NCBI RefSeq assembly: GCF_009914755.1
Contig: NC_060938.1
Source of the DNA: the human T2T-CHM13v2.0 reference genome, Homo sapiens
DNA length: 64,000 bases
Reading direction: 5' to 3' (one strand)
The notes below the pieces were generated by a model that was not told the origin of the DNA, ran no database searches, and worked only from the letters and a program-made list of their open reading frames with translations. Shown here piece after piece: positions 14,973 to 31,605 of this stretch. Made by a program: the position numbers and the translations under genes. How positions within the stretch are numbered: position 1 is the stretch's first letter; each line of letters opens with the position of its first letter.

Positions 14973-15350
14973 ATATTAGTCTATTCTCATGCTGTTATAA
15001 GGATATACCCTAGACTAGGTAATTTATAAATGAAAGAGGTTTAATTGACTCACAGTTCTGCATGGCTGGGGAGGCCTCAGAAAACTTACAATCATGGCAT
15101 AAGGGGACGCAAACACATCCTTCTTCACATGGTTGCAGGAGAGAGAAGCGCAGAGCTAATGGGGTAAAAGCCCCTTACAAAACCATCAGATCTCATGAGA
15201 ACTCACTCACTATCATGAGAACAGCATGGGGGAACTATCCCCATGATCTAATCACCTCCCACGAGGTCCTTCCCCCAACATATGGAAATTACAATTCGGA
15301 TTACAATTCAAGATGACATTTGGGTGGGGACACAGAGCCAGACCATATCA
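14973..15350 (-). mobile_element. THE1-type MaLR solo LTR
   Basis: GAGGTTTAATTGACTCACAGTTCTGCATGGCTGGGGAGGCCTCAG ... GGACACAGAGCCAGACCATATCA; 5-bp TSD GTGTC at 14968-14972 and 15351-15355. Confidence 0.9.
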
Positions 15351-15464
15351 GTGTCCATAATATTTTTTTTACCCATGAATATAGAAAAAGTATGGATTTT
15401 TCTAAATTAATGTTTTGTTCTTGATTTCATACTTAATTTTGTTATAGTCAGAATATATTTTGTA

Positions 15465-15640
15465 TCGCACCACTTTCTATGGTAATGGAAATGTTTTGTG
15501 TCTGCACTGTCCAATATGGTAGCCATTAGTCATATGTGGCTATTGAGCACTTGAAATGTGGCTAGTGAGAATGAGGACCAAATCCTTAATTTTTGATTGA
15601 TTTAAATAGTCACATATGGCTACTGGCTACAATACTGAGC
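15465..15640. mobile_element. MER3/MER33-like hAT-Charlie fossil
   Basis: CTGTCCAATATGGTAGCCATTAGTCATATGTGGCTATTGAGCACTTGAAATGTGGCTAGTG core. Confidence 0.75.
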
Positions 15641-17062
15641 AGTTCATGTTCATAGAACACCCATGCTTTGAACTTGGTTGAAATTCGATTTATGTACTAA
15701 TGCATTTTTAATTTTTATAAATATCTCATGTACATTTGAAAAGCATTTCATGTTTCCTGATTTTTGATGCGGTATGCAATATATGTCCATTAGCTCAAAT
15801 CTACTAAAAGTATTGTTCATATCTTCTATACTCTGATTTTGGACTGCTTTATCTACCAAATACTGATATCTGATAGATACTTTAAAGTTCTCAGATATGT
15901 TTTTTAAAAAAACATGAAGTGGATTTGTCAGTTTCCCCTTCTGTTCTGTTATTTTGCTCATAGACCTTTGAACTATGTTAAGTGTGCACAAATGTGGAAT
16001 TGTTACATCTTCCTAATAAGTTTAACCTTTTATTTTTATGCCACAAACCTCTTTATCTCTCATGACACTTTTTGCCCTGAAGTCTATTTTATCTGATATT
16101 AATGTAGATGCTTTATGTTTCTTTTGCTGGTTTAGTTTCTGGTACTACTGAGCTGGGGTAGCTGGGGAAGGAGACTGACTGATAACCGTAAAATGAGTCA
16201 CCTTGTGTACCTAATTACCTAGAGGCTCCTCAGCAGTGAATGCCCTTTGGAGGACATTCACCTGGGACTGAATATCCTTATACTCCGTGCCTGTTCCAAA
16301 GCTCTATCACATATTTCTTCCAAGTGCCTGATTATCTGGTGGAAGTGTTAGCTACTGTCCACAAATTGGTGTAGTTCTGTGCCTTTGCCATGTGCTGCAA
16401 GTCTCATGGCTGCTGTCAGTTCACTTATCTATTCTTTCTGTTAGAAGGCAATAATGGCTTTTCCTTCACCCTGTCTTCCAAAAGTCATGAATGCTTTTCA
16501 CTGGCAAAATCTAAACAAGAGCTCTCCCAAGAAAGGATTGCAAGAATTGTAGTGCTGTAGTTTCAGTCTCTGCAGTATATTTCCAATCTCTGCAATATAG
16601 AGAACAGCTTAGAATGATTGAGCATGACACAGACAAAATTCAGCACAAAGAGTAATCATCCATTTTCAATATAGCTGACTCAAAGATGATTAAAGGACCA
16701 GGTAATTCTTTAGAAAACAACTGTGTCTAAAACTGACTTTTTTCAGTGACTACAAAGGCATATGTATTTGTTTTTCTTAGCGGGAATTGTGCCTTCCATC
16801 TGTTCTTCTTAAAACATGTGAACATATTTTCTTATGATTAGGTTTTTTTCTATACCATGATTTCAAATGGCTCCATATCTTGTATAATAGAGCTGTGAAA
16901 TAATTTATTTACAGTATCCTACAGTTAGACATTTAGATTGTTTCCAATTTGTCACTATGTAAATAATGTTGTCATGAACCTCTATGTAAATAAATACGCA
17001 TGGAATTGTTTTATTAAAAGGTATGTGTATTTTTAAATGTTTTTCATTGTTTTCAATACTGA

Positions 17063-17126
<64 letters not shown>
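17063..17126. repeat. (GT)12(AT)20 compound microsatellite
   Basis: Direct reading. Confidence 0.95.
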
Positions 17127-17129
<3 letters not shown>

Positions 17130-18144
17130 CTTTTACTAGTTATGATAGCCAAAAAGACTATCTCTTTTTTCCTCTCTCTCTGGTCCTTGATTTAGGAAGG
17201 CTATCTATTTTAATTAGTTTGTCTTTAATTACTGGAAAGACTTAGCTTTCCCCCCATGTCTATTAGCCATTTATATTTCTATTTTTATTAGTGACTTACT
17301 TTTCTACACACACACATACACACACATGCACAGTGCCCTCATCATCATGTCATTGTTCTTCTAGAGAGATCCATTGAATGGTTTATGGAATTCTTTTGTG
17401 TCCAATATAAATAAATAGGTTGTTATATAAATGACTGACTCAACTTCTTCCAAGGCCTTCATGTTGCAGGATCTGCATTAATCCTTTTAACCCTCTTCTT
17501 CAAGGCTATCATTAACAGCAGAGCTATCTGAGAGTCTGTACGGAAGTGTTTTGAGATCTATTACATATAATCCCATATCTCTACTGTTGCTCTAACATTC
17601 TTAAGATTCACATTTATGAGTTAGTATTTTGTTTTTGTTTCCTTATCTCTGTTTGTCTCTGTATAAACTCTTTTGCTGTTACTTTGGAAGTCATTCTCAG
17701 TTTTTCATTCACACAATGTTTTTGATGTCATTCTCTTTAAGTTCTACTGCTAGGAAGGGACATAAATAGTTTAAGAAAAAGTAACAGTTCTTTTTAATTT
17801 TAGTTGCCAAGAGATAGTTTCCTTGGTGGTATGTTTTTTTCTCTATAATGGCTGCAATATACCCAGAGTTTGTCATCTTACTTAGTTTATGCTGGAAAAA
17901 TAGATTTTTTTTACAAAGTTTACAATTAAGAAAATTAGAAATACACTTCCACAACATTTCTAGTATATGAATATGATTATTCTCCACATTTGACATTTTT
18001 GAAGATTCCCCTTCTACATGGCTAAATTCAGTAGCTGAGTGCCAGCTTCCAGTAACTCAGAACACCACATAGAATGAAAAAGTCCCCTAAGTCCCTATAG
18101 TGATTGAATATAAGACCAAGTGTATAAAAAGGTGAAATGATATA

Positions 18145-18502
18145 CAGACTATCCTCAACTTATGATGGTTTGACCTATGGGTTTTCAATTTTACAATGGT
18201 TTGAAAGCAATACCTATTCGGTAGAAATCATACTTCAAGTACCCATATAACCATTCTTTTTTCACTTTCAATACAGTATTCAATAAATTACATAAGATAG
18301 TCAACACTTTGTTATAAAATAGGCTTTGTGTTAGATTATCTCACCCAGTTGTAGGCTAACGTGTTTTGAGGATGTTTAAGGTGGGGTAGATTAAGCTGTA
18401 ATGTTCAGGAGGTTAGGTGTATCAAATGCATTTTCAACATATATTTTCAACGTATGATGGTTTTATCAGGATGTAACCCTATTGTAAGTTGAGGAGCATC
18501 TG
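18145..18502. mobile_element. MER47-like TcMar-Tigger MITE
   Basis: Terminal inverted repeats CAGACTATCCTCAACTTATGAT / ATTGTAAGTTGAGGAGCATCTG, flanked by TA. Confidence 0.82.
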
Positions 18503-18736
18503 TATAGTTGGTTCTTTCCTTCCTTGTGAGCTGTACATTTGTATTATTCACAGTAAAGTGCTAGTTTCCATCTGGTTTACTTCTGACCTGTTTCCTGCCC
18601 CCTCTCTCTTTAGGATTTGCACAGTATTCTGGGAATTGAAACTGAGTTTAATTTAGCAAAACATATTTAAGAAAAAAGAAATCTGGTGCTGAGGAAACTT
18701 GTTATGCATTCCAAAGGATTTCTGAATGAAAAAAAA

Positions 18737-19025
18737 ATTTTAGAGACAGGGTCTCATTCTGTTGCCCAGGTTGAAGTACAGTTACATGATCATAGATCAC
18801 TGTAATCTGCTATTTCTGGACCCAAGTGATCCTTCTACCTCAGCCTCCTGAGTAACTAGGACTACAGGCATGTGCCTCCATGTTTGGCTAATATTTTAAT
18901 ATTTTTGGAGAGATGGCACCTTGCTGTGTTGCCTAGGCTTGTCTCGAACTCCAGAGCTCAACCGATCCTCCTGCCTCACCTTCCCAAAGTGCTGGGATTA
19001 CAGATATGAGCCACCATGCCCAGCC
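18737..19025 (-). mobile_element. AluJ-like
   Basis: Diverged antisense dimer. Confidence 0.85.
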
Positions 19026-19190
19026 TATTTTAGATTAGCAAGGATAATATTTATTGTGTATATAATATATAGTTACAAATAATGAGTCGAGTACATAATA
19101 TTTGTTCTTAGTAATACCCTGAAGTCCAATATTTTTCAGTTATTTGTATTAAATTTATGTAAATATTTATTGAGCACCTACTGTGTGTAA

Positions 19191-19511
<321 letters not shown>

Positions 19512-19624
19512 TATACATTTTTAAGAAATACAAAGATGAATAATACAGTCTCTGCTCTCTAAATATTTTTAGTCTAGTTTTTCGGTTTTGTTATTTTACA
19601 GAAACTGAAGTTTTTCTAAATAGT

Positions 19625-22600
19625 TTTTTAACAGCTTTATTGAAATATAATTTATATTCCACATAATTCACCCACTTAAAGTGTAGAATTCACTGGTTTT
19701 AGTATATTCAGAGTATATTTAGTATATATAATTCTGAAATTATTATAGTTTTAGAACATTTTCATTAGCTCCCAAAAGAAACCTTATATCTGTTAGCCAT
19801 CACCCTCCATACCCTTCCTACTCCCCAGCTCTGGGTAACCACCAATCTACTTTCTGTTTCTATAAATTTGCCTAATTCTATACATTTCTATGTAAATGGA
19901 ATTATACAATATGTGGTCCTTAGTACTGGCTTCTTAACATAGTGTTTTCAGGATTCATCCTATTATAGCATGTATTGGTACTGCATTTCTTTTTATTGCT
20001 GAATAATATTTCATTGTATGGATATACCACATTTTATCTGTCCATTTATTAGTTGATAGACATTTAGAGTGTAGCTTTTCTAAACACTTTTATATGTAAA
20101 TGTTGATTACCATAATTATATGTATGGGCTGATGTTAATGATAGGTTTCTTTCTTAACTGTAAGTGACATACAAACTAATGGCTATATATTTATAAATAT
20201 TCCAAAAATTCATTCTATTCTATTATTTATTCTCTCATGTAATAACAAATGATTTCTGTATTTTTAAAAGTCTCTATACCAACAAGGAATATTTAATATG
20301 GTATTTTGCTTACATAGACAGAATGAGACTTCTTTGTATAAAGCATCTCAGTATTTGATACTGAGTGATAAACAAATATCACAACTCAGGTATTTGTTTT
20401 ATTTTGTAGCCTATGTAAGTCATGGTTAATAGACAATCTCCCTCCTCTTCATTAATTCCATGTGTAACTCTTTAAGAGCCTTGAACATATAAATGTAAAG
20501 TTCAGAGTTATCTACCTAACCCACACCTGGTATACAAAGGCAGACAAGGAAAGGATAATCAGATACCAACATCCACTGAAGTGTTTTCCATTACTCTCAC
20601 CCATAATATCCACTCTGTTCCAAATCCTTTCATATTTGTGCTCTGTCTTACTCTTCCTGACCTGGCCCCTCATAACCTTTTCAACCTGCTCCATGCATAT
20701 TGTACTACTTGCTATTCTTAAACATGCCAAACACACTCTCCCACACACTTTTTTTTCAGAGTTATACCATATTGTACACACTGTATTATACTGAGTTATT
20801 TCTTATGATATATATTGGGCAATTGTTCCAAATGAACTTCCTCATTCTTTACAATTATGTTTCACAAGAGGATGAACCATAATTTATTAATCAGTCCCTC
20901 ATTGATGGACATTTACATTGTTTCTGGTGTTTTGCATATGTATGAGTATATCTGCAAATGAATTCTTTGAAATAGCATTGCTGGGTCAGGAATACATATA
21001 TTTGTGTTTTTCATAGTTATTTGCCAAATTGCAGCCCAAAGATGCTGTATCCATTTTAATTCCCACCTGTAGTATCTGTGAGTACAAGTTTACATCTGAA
21101 CTAATGAAAATAATTATTACACTTTTGATCTTTGTAAATCCAATATGTGAAAAAGTTATCAATATATTTTTTCATTTTTATTTGCATGATGGTGAATATC
21201 TTTTTATATGTATGGAGTCATTTAATATTGTGGGTTTTGTCAGTTGCTTATTTGTGTCTTTTGTCCACTTCTCCTCCACCAGGTGTAGGTCTGTGATTTA
21301 TTTGGAACTGGTTTTTGTGTATGGTGAGAGCTAAGGATGATGGCTCATTTTCCCCACACATGAATATTCAATGGATTTAGCATCATTTATTGAAAAGATC
21401 TCCTTTTCTTATCTATTGCAGTGGCACCTTTGTTGTAAATCAGATGATTGTATATGTGTGGGTCTGTAGTCTTTTCTATTGGTCTGTTTGTTTATACTTG
21501 TGATAATTTCACTCTGTCTTCATTACCATAGATTTTAATTATCTATTGGTGTCTGTTAGTGTAAGTCCCCCAATTTTGTTCCTCTTCAAGGTTGTCTTTG
21601 TTATTCTTGGCTTTTTGCCTTTCCATACAAGCTTATTAATTTGCATAATAAAGATTTATGCAACAGAGAAATAAGCTTGTTAATTTGTACAAGAAAGATT
21701 GCTGAAAATTTGATTTGGGTTATAATCAATCTATTGATCAATGGGAAGCATCGACACATTCACAATATAGAGCTTTCTAATCTGAGAACATGTATATCCC
21801 TCTTTCAGTAATGTTTTATATTTTTCTGCAGAGGTCTTAAATGTCTTTCATTAGATTTCAGTGGTATGTTGGAGCCAGCTCCTACTAGTTCATGAGAGCT
21901 GATCGGGTACATCTCTTCCTGGCTCCACATTCAGTAAATCACATTGTGAGACTAAAGTGGGCCATGGTGGTAGTATTTATATCACAGAAATTGGCAAATG
22001 TCACAAATCAGGACTTTTCCCCACCTACCCACTGCTAAGAGCTGGTTATTAAACATTTGCCAACACATCACTTAGATTGATTACTAGATGATCAGGTTTT
22101 ATAATGCTATGTAAATATTTTTTCTCACTAAAAATAATTAAGTTATAATCTACATACAGTAAAATTAACTTTTTTAATCTACTGCTCTGTGACTTGTGAG
22201 AAATTTATATAGTCACGTTATGACTACCACAATCAATATTTAGAACTGTTCCATTACCCCAGATAATTTTCTCTATGTCTTTAGAGTCAGCTCTAAAGTT
22301 GAATGTATCACGGTTATTTATCCATTCCCTAGTTAATGGAAATTTGGGTTGTTCACAGTTTTTAGCAAATATGAATAAAACTGCTATAAACATATTTGTG
22401 CAGGTTTGCGTCTGAACACGGGTTTTCACTGACTTTGGGAGAAAGCTTTCAGTATTTTAACAGTAAATGTAACATTAGCTATATTTGTAGATACCATTTA
22501 TTAGATTAAGGAATTTTTCTTCTATTCCTACTTTGCTGTGAGGTTTTTTTGGTTTTGTTTTCTTTCTTTAATCAGGAATGACTATTACATTTTCATACCT

Positions 22601-24020
22601 ACTTTTATGCATCTACTGAAATAATCATATGTCTGTCTCTGTTATGCAATGTGGTGAATTATGTTAATTGTCTCTGAATGTTAAATTAACCTTGAATTCC
22701 TATAATAGATACCATGTGTTTGTGATATTTAAAAAATTTATGTCTGGATTTTATTTGCTATATTTTGTTTAGAGCTTTTGAGTTTATCTTGATAACAGAT
22801 ACTGGCTTATGATTTTCCTTTTTTATAATGTCCTTGTCAGTTATTGGTATCAGAGTTAGTCTGACATTATAAAATAAGTTGAGAATGGTCTCTTATTTTC
22901 TGTTTCTTAGAAGTTTGTGTAAGATTGCTCTTCGTTGTTTTCTAAATGTTTAGAAGAGTTCACCAGGGAAGCTGAGCCTGGAATTTCCTTTGCATGAAGG
23001 TTTTAAATTATGAATTTAATTTTTTCTAGGTATAACAGTATTCATAGTTATTTGTCTTATGTGGTTTTTTTATAAGTGATACTTTTAATTTGTTCATTTC
23101 ATCAGAGTTATCAAATTTATTGTCATAAAATTACTCATAATATCCCCATATTATTTTAAAAAATCTGTAGGATCTATAGTATCTTTTTTTATATCTAATA
23201 TGAGTAATTTGTGGGTTTTTTCTCTTATTTTCTTTGATCAGTCTTATATTATTAAGTTAATCTCACTGATCTTGATTTCTAGTTCATTTATTTTTGACCA
23301 TTATTTCCTATCTTTTCTTGTCTTTGAATCTAATTTGATATTCTTTTTACTGTTTCTTGACATAGATATTAGCTTATGATTTTTTTCAAGCATCTTTACT
23401 ACTTTATGCATTTCAAAGTTTAAGTTTCCTCTAAGCAAGTTTTTTATATGTCATATTTTAAATATTTCAATATAAATAAGATACTACGACCTAACATATT
23501 GATTCAATATTTATATGAAAAGGGTCAAAATAGCCAAGACTGATAGTAATTAGAAGATAAGAGGGCTTGTCCTATTAACATATAATGGCTTTTCATAAAG
23601 CTATTTTAATGAATATAGTGTAGTATTGGTGCTGTCAAAGACAAATTGACAAATAGATCAGAACATTCATCAGATCATTTAGTTCACAATATTTTCTAGT
23701 TTTCATTGTACTTTCTTCTTTATTCCATAGGTTATTTAGATTTATTGCTTAATTTCCAAACATTTAGAGATTTTCTTAATATCTTCTTGTTACTGATTTC
23801 TGGTTTAATTCCTTTATGATGAGATAACATATTCTTTCTTATTGTAATTCTTTGAAGTTTATTGAGATCTGATTTATAAGCCAGTACCTAGGCTATTTGG
23901 TAAATGTTCCATATGAACTTAAAAAGAATGTGTGGTTCTATAATTACTAGATGTCAGATAGGTAAGGCTGGCTACTGGCTAATGATGCTGTTCAAATCTG
24001 CATATTTACTGATTTTTGTC
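19625..24020 (-). mobile_element. Old L1M fragments (antisense), discontinuous
   Basis: L1 3'-end (AACAGCTTTATTGAAATATAATT...) and degraded ORF2-like T-rich sequence. Confidence 0.65.
21859..22071 (+). mobile_element. MER63-like hAT-Blackjack MITE
   Basis: CAGTGGTATGTTGGAGCCAGC ... TTAAACATTTGCCAACACATCAC termini; 8-bp TSD TTAGATTT/TTAGATTG. Confidence 0.8.
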
Positions 24021-24134
24021 TGAATTTTAAGGCAGTGAAAAGAAAATTCCTAGAAAGATAGAATGAACTAGAAGTATTTCAAGAACTATCAAGCTTTATT
24101 GGTACTAATATCACAATAGCAATAATAACTATTA

Positions 24135-24450
<316 letters not shown>

Positions 24451-24502
24451 TTAAAAATCATCTCACAAAGAAAACACCAGGTTCACAAAGTTTTACAGGT
24501 GA

Positions 24503-24898
<396 letters not shown>

Positions 24899-26240
24899 TA
24901 ACTTATATAATAAAACCACCCAAGGACAAAATAAGAAAGGAAAGTCATAGGCAACTCATTTATGAATATACATGCACAATTCCTAAACAAAATCTTAGCA
25001 AACTGAATCCAACATTATACTATACCCTGAGACTATTAGGTTTATATAAAAAGTGCAAATATATATTATTTGCTACATTGATATGTTGGATGTGAAAAGC
25101 TATATGATCACCTCAATAGATGCAGAAGAGATTATTTGATAAAATTCATTATTTGTTTGTGATTTTTAGAAACCCTTAGTAAACTACACATAGAATTTCC
25201 TTCATCTGATATGATAAAATGTATCTACCAAACCAAGCCCAACAAAACTGTAACAAAAGTAACCCCAATAGGCAAATATTGGAGACATTCCCTTTAAAAT
25301 CAGGAAGTTATGCCTACTGAAATCAAAAGTTATGCCCATTATCACCTCTTCTATTCAACATTGCCTTGAATGTCTAATAAGTTAAGAAAAAGAAAAGACA
25401 TACATAAAGATTGAAAAGTTGGAAACTGTCATTATTTGAAAATTGTATTTCTGTTTCTACATTTAAAAAACCCAAAAGTATCTACATAAATTTTACAGGA
25501 AATAATAAAGTTTAGTAAATGCTTCAATATGAGACCAATGCATTAAAGCTAATTATAGTTCTTTATCCAAACAACAACTAGAAAGTATAACTAAAACAAC
25601 AACAAATAAACCAGTCATAGTTAGCAACAAAAACTACAGTGCACCTGGGACTAAATGTAATAAACCTCTTCCTACTCCCCCAAATTATAAAAACATTACC
25701 AAAGGGAATTAAAGACCAAACATAGATGGAGAGCTAGATCATGTTAATGTATTAGAAGACTTAATAGCATGAAGGTACTGATTCATTTCAAACTGATCTA
25801 TAAATGTAACTTCAGTAAAGAGTTCAACTAACAGATTGATTTTAATATTTATATGGAAAGGGTTAAAATAGCCAAGACCAATAATAATTAGAAGGATAGG
25901 AGGTGCTTGCCATATTATATACAGTAACTTTTTATGAAGCTATTTTGAATAGGATAGTGTAAAATTGGTGCTGGTGTAGAGAAATTGATGAATGGATCAG
26001 AACTGAGAGCTCAGAAATGAGTCAGTGTGTATGTGGGGGTGTGTGTTTGTGTAAAACTCTTACTTATGACAAAGATCTCATGGCAGACCACTTGAGGAAA
26101 GAAGGGGCTTTGACAGAGCTCTGAAAAAATTTGTTTCTCATATTTAAAAAAGAAATGGCTTTTATCTTCCACCCTACAAATAACAACTTCTGATGGACTA
26201 GGAACTTAAGTATCAAAAGCAAACTTTAAAACATAGAAAA

Positions 26241-26545
26241 GTCTGGGCACCATGGTTCATCCCTGTAATGCCAGCACTTTGGGAGGCCAAGGCAGGTGGA
26301 TCACTTGAGTCCAGGAATTTGAGACCAGCCTGAGCAACATGGTGAGACCCCATCTCTACAAAAAATACAGAAATTAGTGGGACTTGGTGGTTGTGTGTGC
26401 CTGTAGTCCCATCTACTCGGGAGGTTGAGGTGGGAGGATCGATTGAGCTCAGGAAGCAGAGGTTGCAGTGAGCTGAGCTCACACCACTGCACTCTGCCTG
26501 GGTAACAGAGTGAGACCCTGTCTCAAAAAACAACAAACAAATAAA
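26241..26545 (+). mobile_element. AluJ-like
   Basis: Diverged dimer. Confidence 0.88.
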
Positions 26546-26569
26546 CTTAGAAGAATATATGTGACTATT

Positions 26570-26918
<349 letters not shown>

Positions 26919-28377
26919 TCAGATCTTGTATGTGGAATCATTTCTTAAACATGGTATACAAAATGTTAACCATAAAAGAAAATATTAATAAAATCTATTA
27001 CATTAAAATTAAGAATGCCTTTTCATCAATTATAGCTTAAGGAAAATGAAAAGGCAAACTCTTAGAAACTAGAAGACTCTTGCTATGCATGTAACTAACA
27101 AAGGGATAGCATTCAAAATACATAAAGAACTACAAATCAGTAAGAAAAAGACAAACTACCTAATAGAAAAACGGATAAAAGGAGTACTTATCTTATTAGC
27201 AATTAGAGAAATGTATATCAAGACCACAGTGAGATAACATTTTATACCTCTGCAACTGACAAAAACAAAGTCAGATAAAACCAAGTGTTAGAAAGGATAT
27301 GGATCAATAGGATGTTAAATTGCTGGCGGAAGTGAAACATTTATATAGCCACTTAGAAAAAGACAATTTTGCTCCATGTTTTAAAGTTGAATATTTGAAA
27401 AACTTACAACCCAGAAATTCCATTTCTATGTGCATTCTCCAGTACCTTTTGCATATGTGTAGTTTGTTGCAAACAATTATTTCAGTCTATAGAAAGTTAT
27501 GATCTAGTTTTCTGCCCCAAAGCTGTTTCTCTATCCAAAATATTATGTCTAGCTTGGGTCTGTGATTCACATTTGTGTGCTCAGATCATAATTAAATCAT
27601 AGGCAAGGAGCGTCATCAAATAAAATATGTATTTGCTATTCTCAAAAAGGGCCTTTGTACTGAGACTGAAATTAGGTGGTAGGTAGGACTGTAATCAGAC
27701 ATGAATAGATAATAGTATTAATAACAGTCACCATTCATTAAGCATGTACTATTTGTCAGATTCTTCAATCTTTATTTAATGGAAATTACTTTGTTAAGTC
27801 TTCACAAAGGCTTTCTGATATGGGTACCATTATGAATCTTTTTAAAATGGAGCATAGTGAGCCATTGGGAAGCTAAATAATTTCCACAACTTTATGTTGT
27901 AAATTGTAAGGCTGGGATTTAAACAAAGGCTCTCTGACTCCAGCACCTGTGAAATGGCAATATAGAAGCTATTATCTTTCAGATAAAAAGTCAACTTTTC
28001 TTAACTTTGCAGAGAGAACAACTCTGATTCGTGGCTATAGGCAATGGTCTGTTGTCTCTAGATGCTTTGTATGATTGTTCAGAAAGTAGTGGTGTATATT
28101 TATCTCTACTCATGCAAAACTAAAATTATATATTTTCAGTATTTCAATAGCATTATTTTATAGATGAACAGCAATAAAGTTATCAATGTGATATATATAT
28201 ATCAATGTGATCTGAAGACTTATTTAAAATTATGCCAAGAGATGATTGCCTTGCTTTTATCTAGTTATAAAACTTCTTATCAAATAGACATCATGAAGAA
28301 TGTCTACCTAAAGATATTTTCAAAAATTTAGATAAAAGATTATTTAAGAGTCCAGTTTGTTTCAAAATTATTATCAT

Positions 28378-28695
28378 TGTCTTAGTCACTCTGGGCTGCT
28401 GTAACAGAAAATCATAGACTGGGGTGGCTTAAACAACAAACATTTATTTCTCACAGTTCTGGCAGCTGGATGAGATGAGACTGCCAGCAGGGCTGGGTTT
28501 TTTTGTAAGGGTCTTCCTCCTGGTTCATAGACTGCTTTCTTCGTGTATCCTCATAATTCAGAGAAAAGGGGCTCTGGTTCCTTAATTTTCTTATAAGGGA
28601 ACTAACTCTATGATGGGAGACCCTCGTAACTTAATCTAAGCATAATCTAAGGCCTCCCAAAGGCCTCATCTCTAACATTGGGGATTAAGGTTTCT
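28378..28695 (-). mobile_element. MLT1-type MaLR LTR
   Basis: TGTCTTAGTC...GGCTTAAACAACAAACATTTATTTCTCACAGTTCTGG motif. Confidence 0.8.
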
Positions 28696-29540
28696 ACAAT
28701 AGCAATTATTGAGGGTTTCTTTGAGGCTAGGTCATATATCTGATCTGAGGAATTAATTGGTGTATGTATAGACTTTCTGTTCTTATGATATAAAGCAAAC
28801 GAGCCTATGTATGTGTTGTCCAAAAGTTATTTGATTGCTACCAAAGAGGCAGAATTTTTTTTTTTTTATTGTAGTAGAAAGATCTGGGATGAAAGTTTTG
28901 ACTCTTGCAATCTAATCCCAGTTTGGCAGTTACCGTCCATGTGAACTTGGACCTGTAATCTGTCACTTTCTAATAGTTGTGCTCTTGGGAAATTTAATTA
29001 GATTCTTAATTTTCTCATGTGTCAAAAATACAGATAATAATAAATACCGTACTGGAACATTACAAAGATTAAATAAATAACATGAGAAAGATATAGAAAT
29101 CCTATATGAGGAAGTCTACCATTTCCTTCCTTCTAAATTCCATTTCCATCTCTTGGGCAAGGTCAGTCACATCTTTGGCTTTAATTTCCTCATCTATAAT
29201 AATACCAATAGCATGCTTGAGAATCTGTGATTCTGAGCCCTTCTAGGTATTTCTTCCTATATATGTTCAGCTTTAAAAAGTATTGCAAGGATCCTTTATG
29301 TAAATAAGCTATTTCTAGGGGATAAAGAAAGTGTGAACTACAACCATTTTATTCCTCTGCTCCAAAAGTAGAGTGCTTTGCTTTGATTTTCTTTCTGACT
29401 CAGCAGACAGAGACATCTGCACTGACTTAGAGTTTTCTTGAAAAATTTTTTTGATTCAGTCATATGATCAGAAAGAACAAATGTAAGTCCTCCTGGGATA
29501 TAGTGTGAATGACATTAAAATATGTCATTAAAACAAACAT

Positions 29541-29855
29541 TTCTTTTCTTTCTTTCTTTTTTTCTTTTTCTTTTTTGAGACAGGGTCTCCCTCTATTGTC
29601 CAGGCTGGAGTGCAGTGGCACAATCATATCTCACTGTAGCCTTGACCTCCTGGGCTCAAGTGATCCTCCCACCCCCGCCTCCTGAGAGCTGGGACCACAG
29701 GCACGTGCTACCACACCTGACGAATTTTAAAATTTTTTGTATAGACAGGATCTCACTATGTTGCCCAGGGTGCTCTTGACTCCTGGGCTCAAGCGATCCT
29801 CCCACCTCAGCCTCCCAAGGTGCTAGGATTACAGGCATGAGCCACTGCACCCAGC
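29541..29855 (-). mobile_element. AluJ-like
   Basis: Antisense dimer ending about 125 nt upstream of exon 2. Confidence 0.88.
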
Positions 29856-29950
29856 ATAAAATGAGCATTTATAATTCCAGTATGCTCCTGTGTCGGATGT
29901 TTGAGAGTTAAGAGGTACATATACATTTCTTGGCACTTTGAGATGATTAG

Positions 29951-30442
<492 letters not shown>

Positions 30443-30754
30443 TAGAATATAACTTATATTTTTATTCTTTTAAAAATAGGCACATAATATTCTGATTATA
30501 GACTTAAATGTTATAGTGTTTAAAATGTCACATAATTTTTGTATTGTAATCACTTTTTTCCAACATTTAGTATGAAATATTTCAAGCATATAGCAAAGTT
30601 AAAAAAATTTTATACTAAACATCTTGGTATCCACCACCCAGATTCTACCATTAACATTAGTATTCCTGCTTTATCACTTATGACTCCATCTATTCATCCC
30701 TCTTTCCAGCCATCACTCCAAGTTATTCTTTGATGCATTTGAAAATAAATTGCT

Positions 30755-30902
30755 GGCCGGGCACTGTGGCTCACGCCTGTAATCCCAGCACTTTGGGAGG
30801 CCGAGGTGGGTGGATCACGAGGTCAAGAGATCAATACCATCCTGGCCAACATGGTGAAACCCTGTCTCTACTAAAAAAAAACACACAAAAATTAGCTGGG
30901 TA
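30755..30902 (+). mobile_element. Alu left arm (3'-truncated)
   Basis: GGCCGGGCACTGTGGCTCACGCC... ends just after the linker. Confidence 0.87.
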
Positions 30903-31284
30903 TGTTTTCCTTGTCCTTCAAGGTTATTTTTCAGGCTTAGGATTTTTATGAATATCTCAATGTAGATCATTGACTCAGAGTGAATGTTATGGAAATGTTA
31001 TTATGCTAATTAATAATAATCACAATTTATTCATTGAAGTATGCATCCCAAGACATTTTTCCAGGTAATACCTTATTGGAAAAATTTCAATTTCTACCTC
31101 AATAGTAATTATTTATTGACTACCTGCTAAATGTTCTAGATTGTGCTAGGCACTATGGTGGATACCAAAGAAAACATACCATAGATTTTGCACTTAGGCA
31201 TCTCATGGTTTGGCCAAGGAGACAGAATAACAATAGGTGAAATATTTAGAGCATCATTACATGGTGATATGGTGACAGATATAT

Positions 31285-31605
<321 letters not shown>

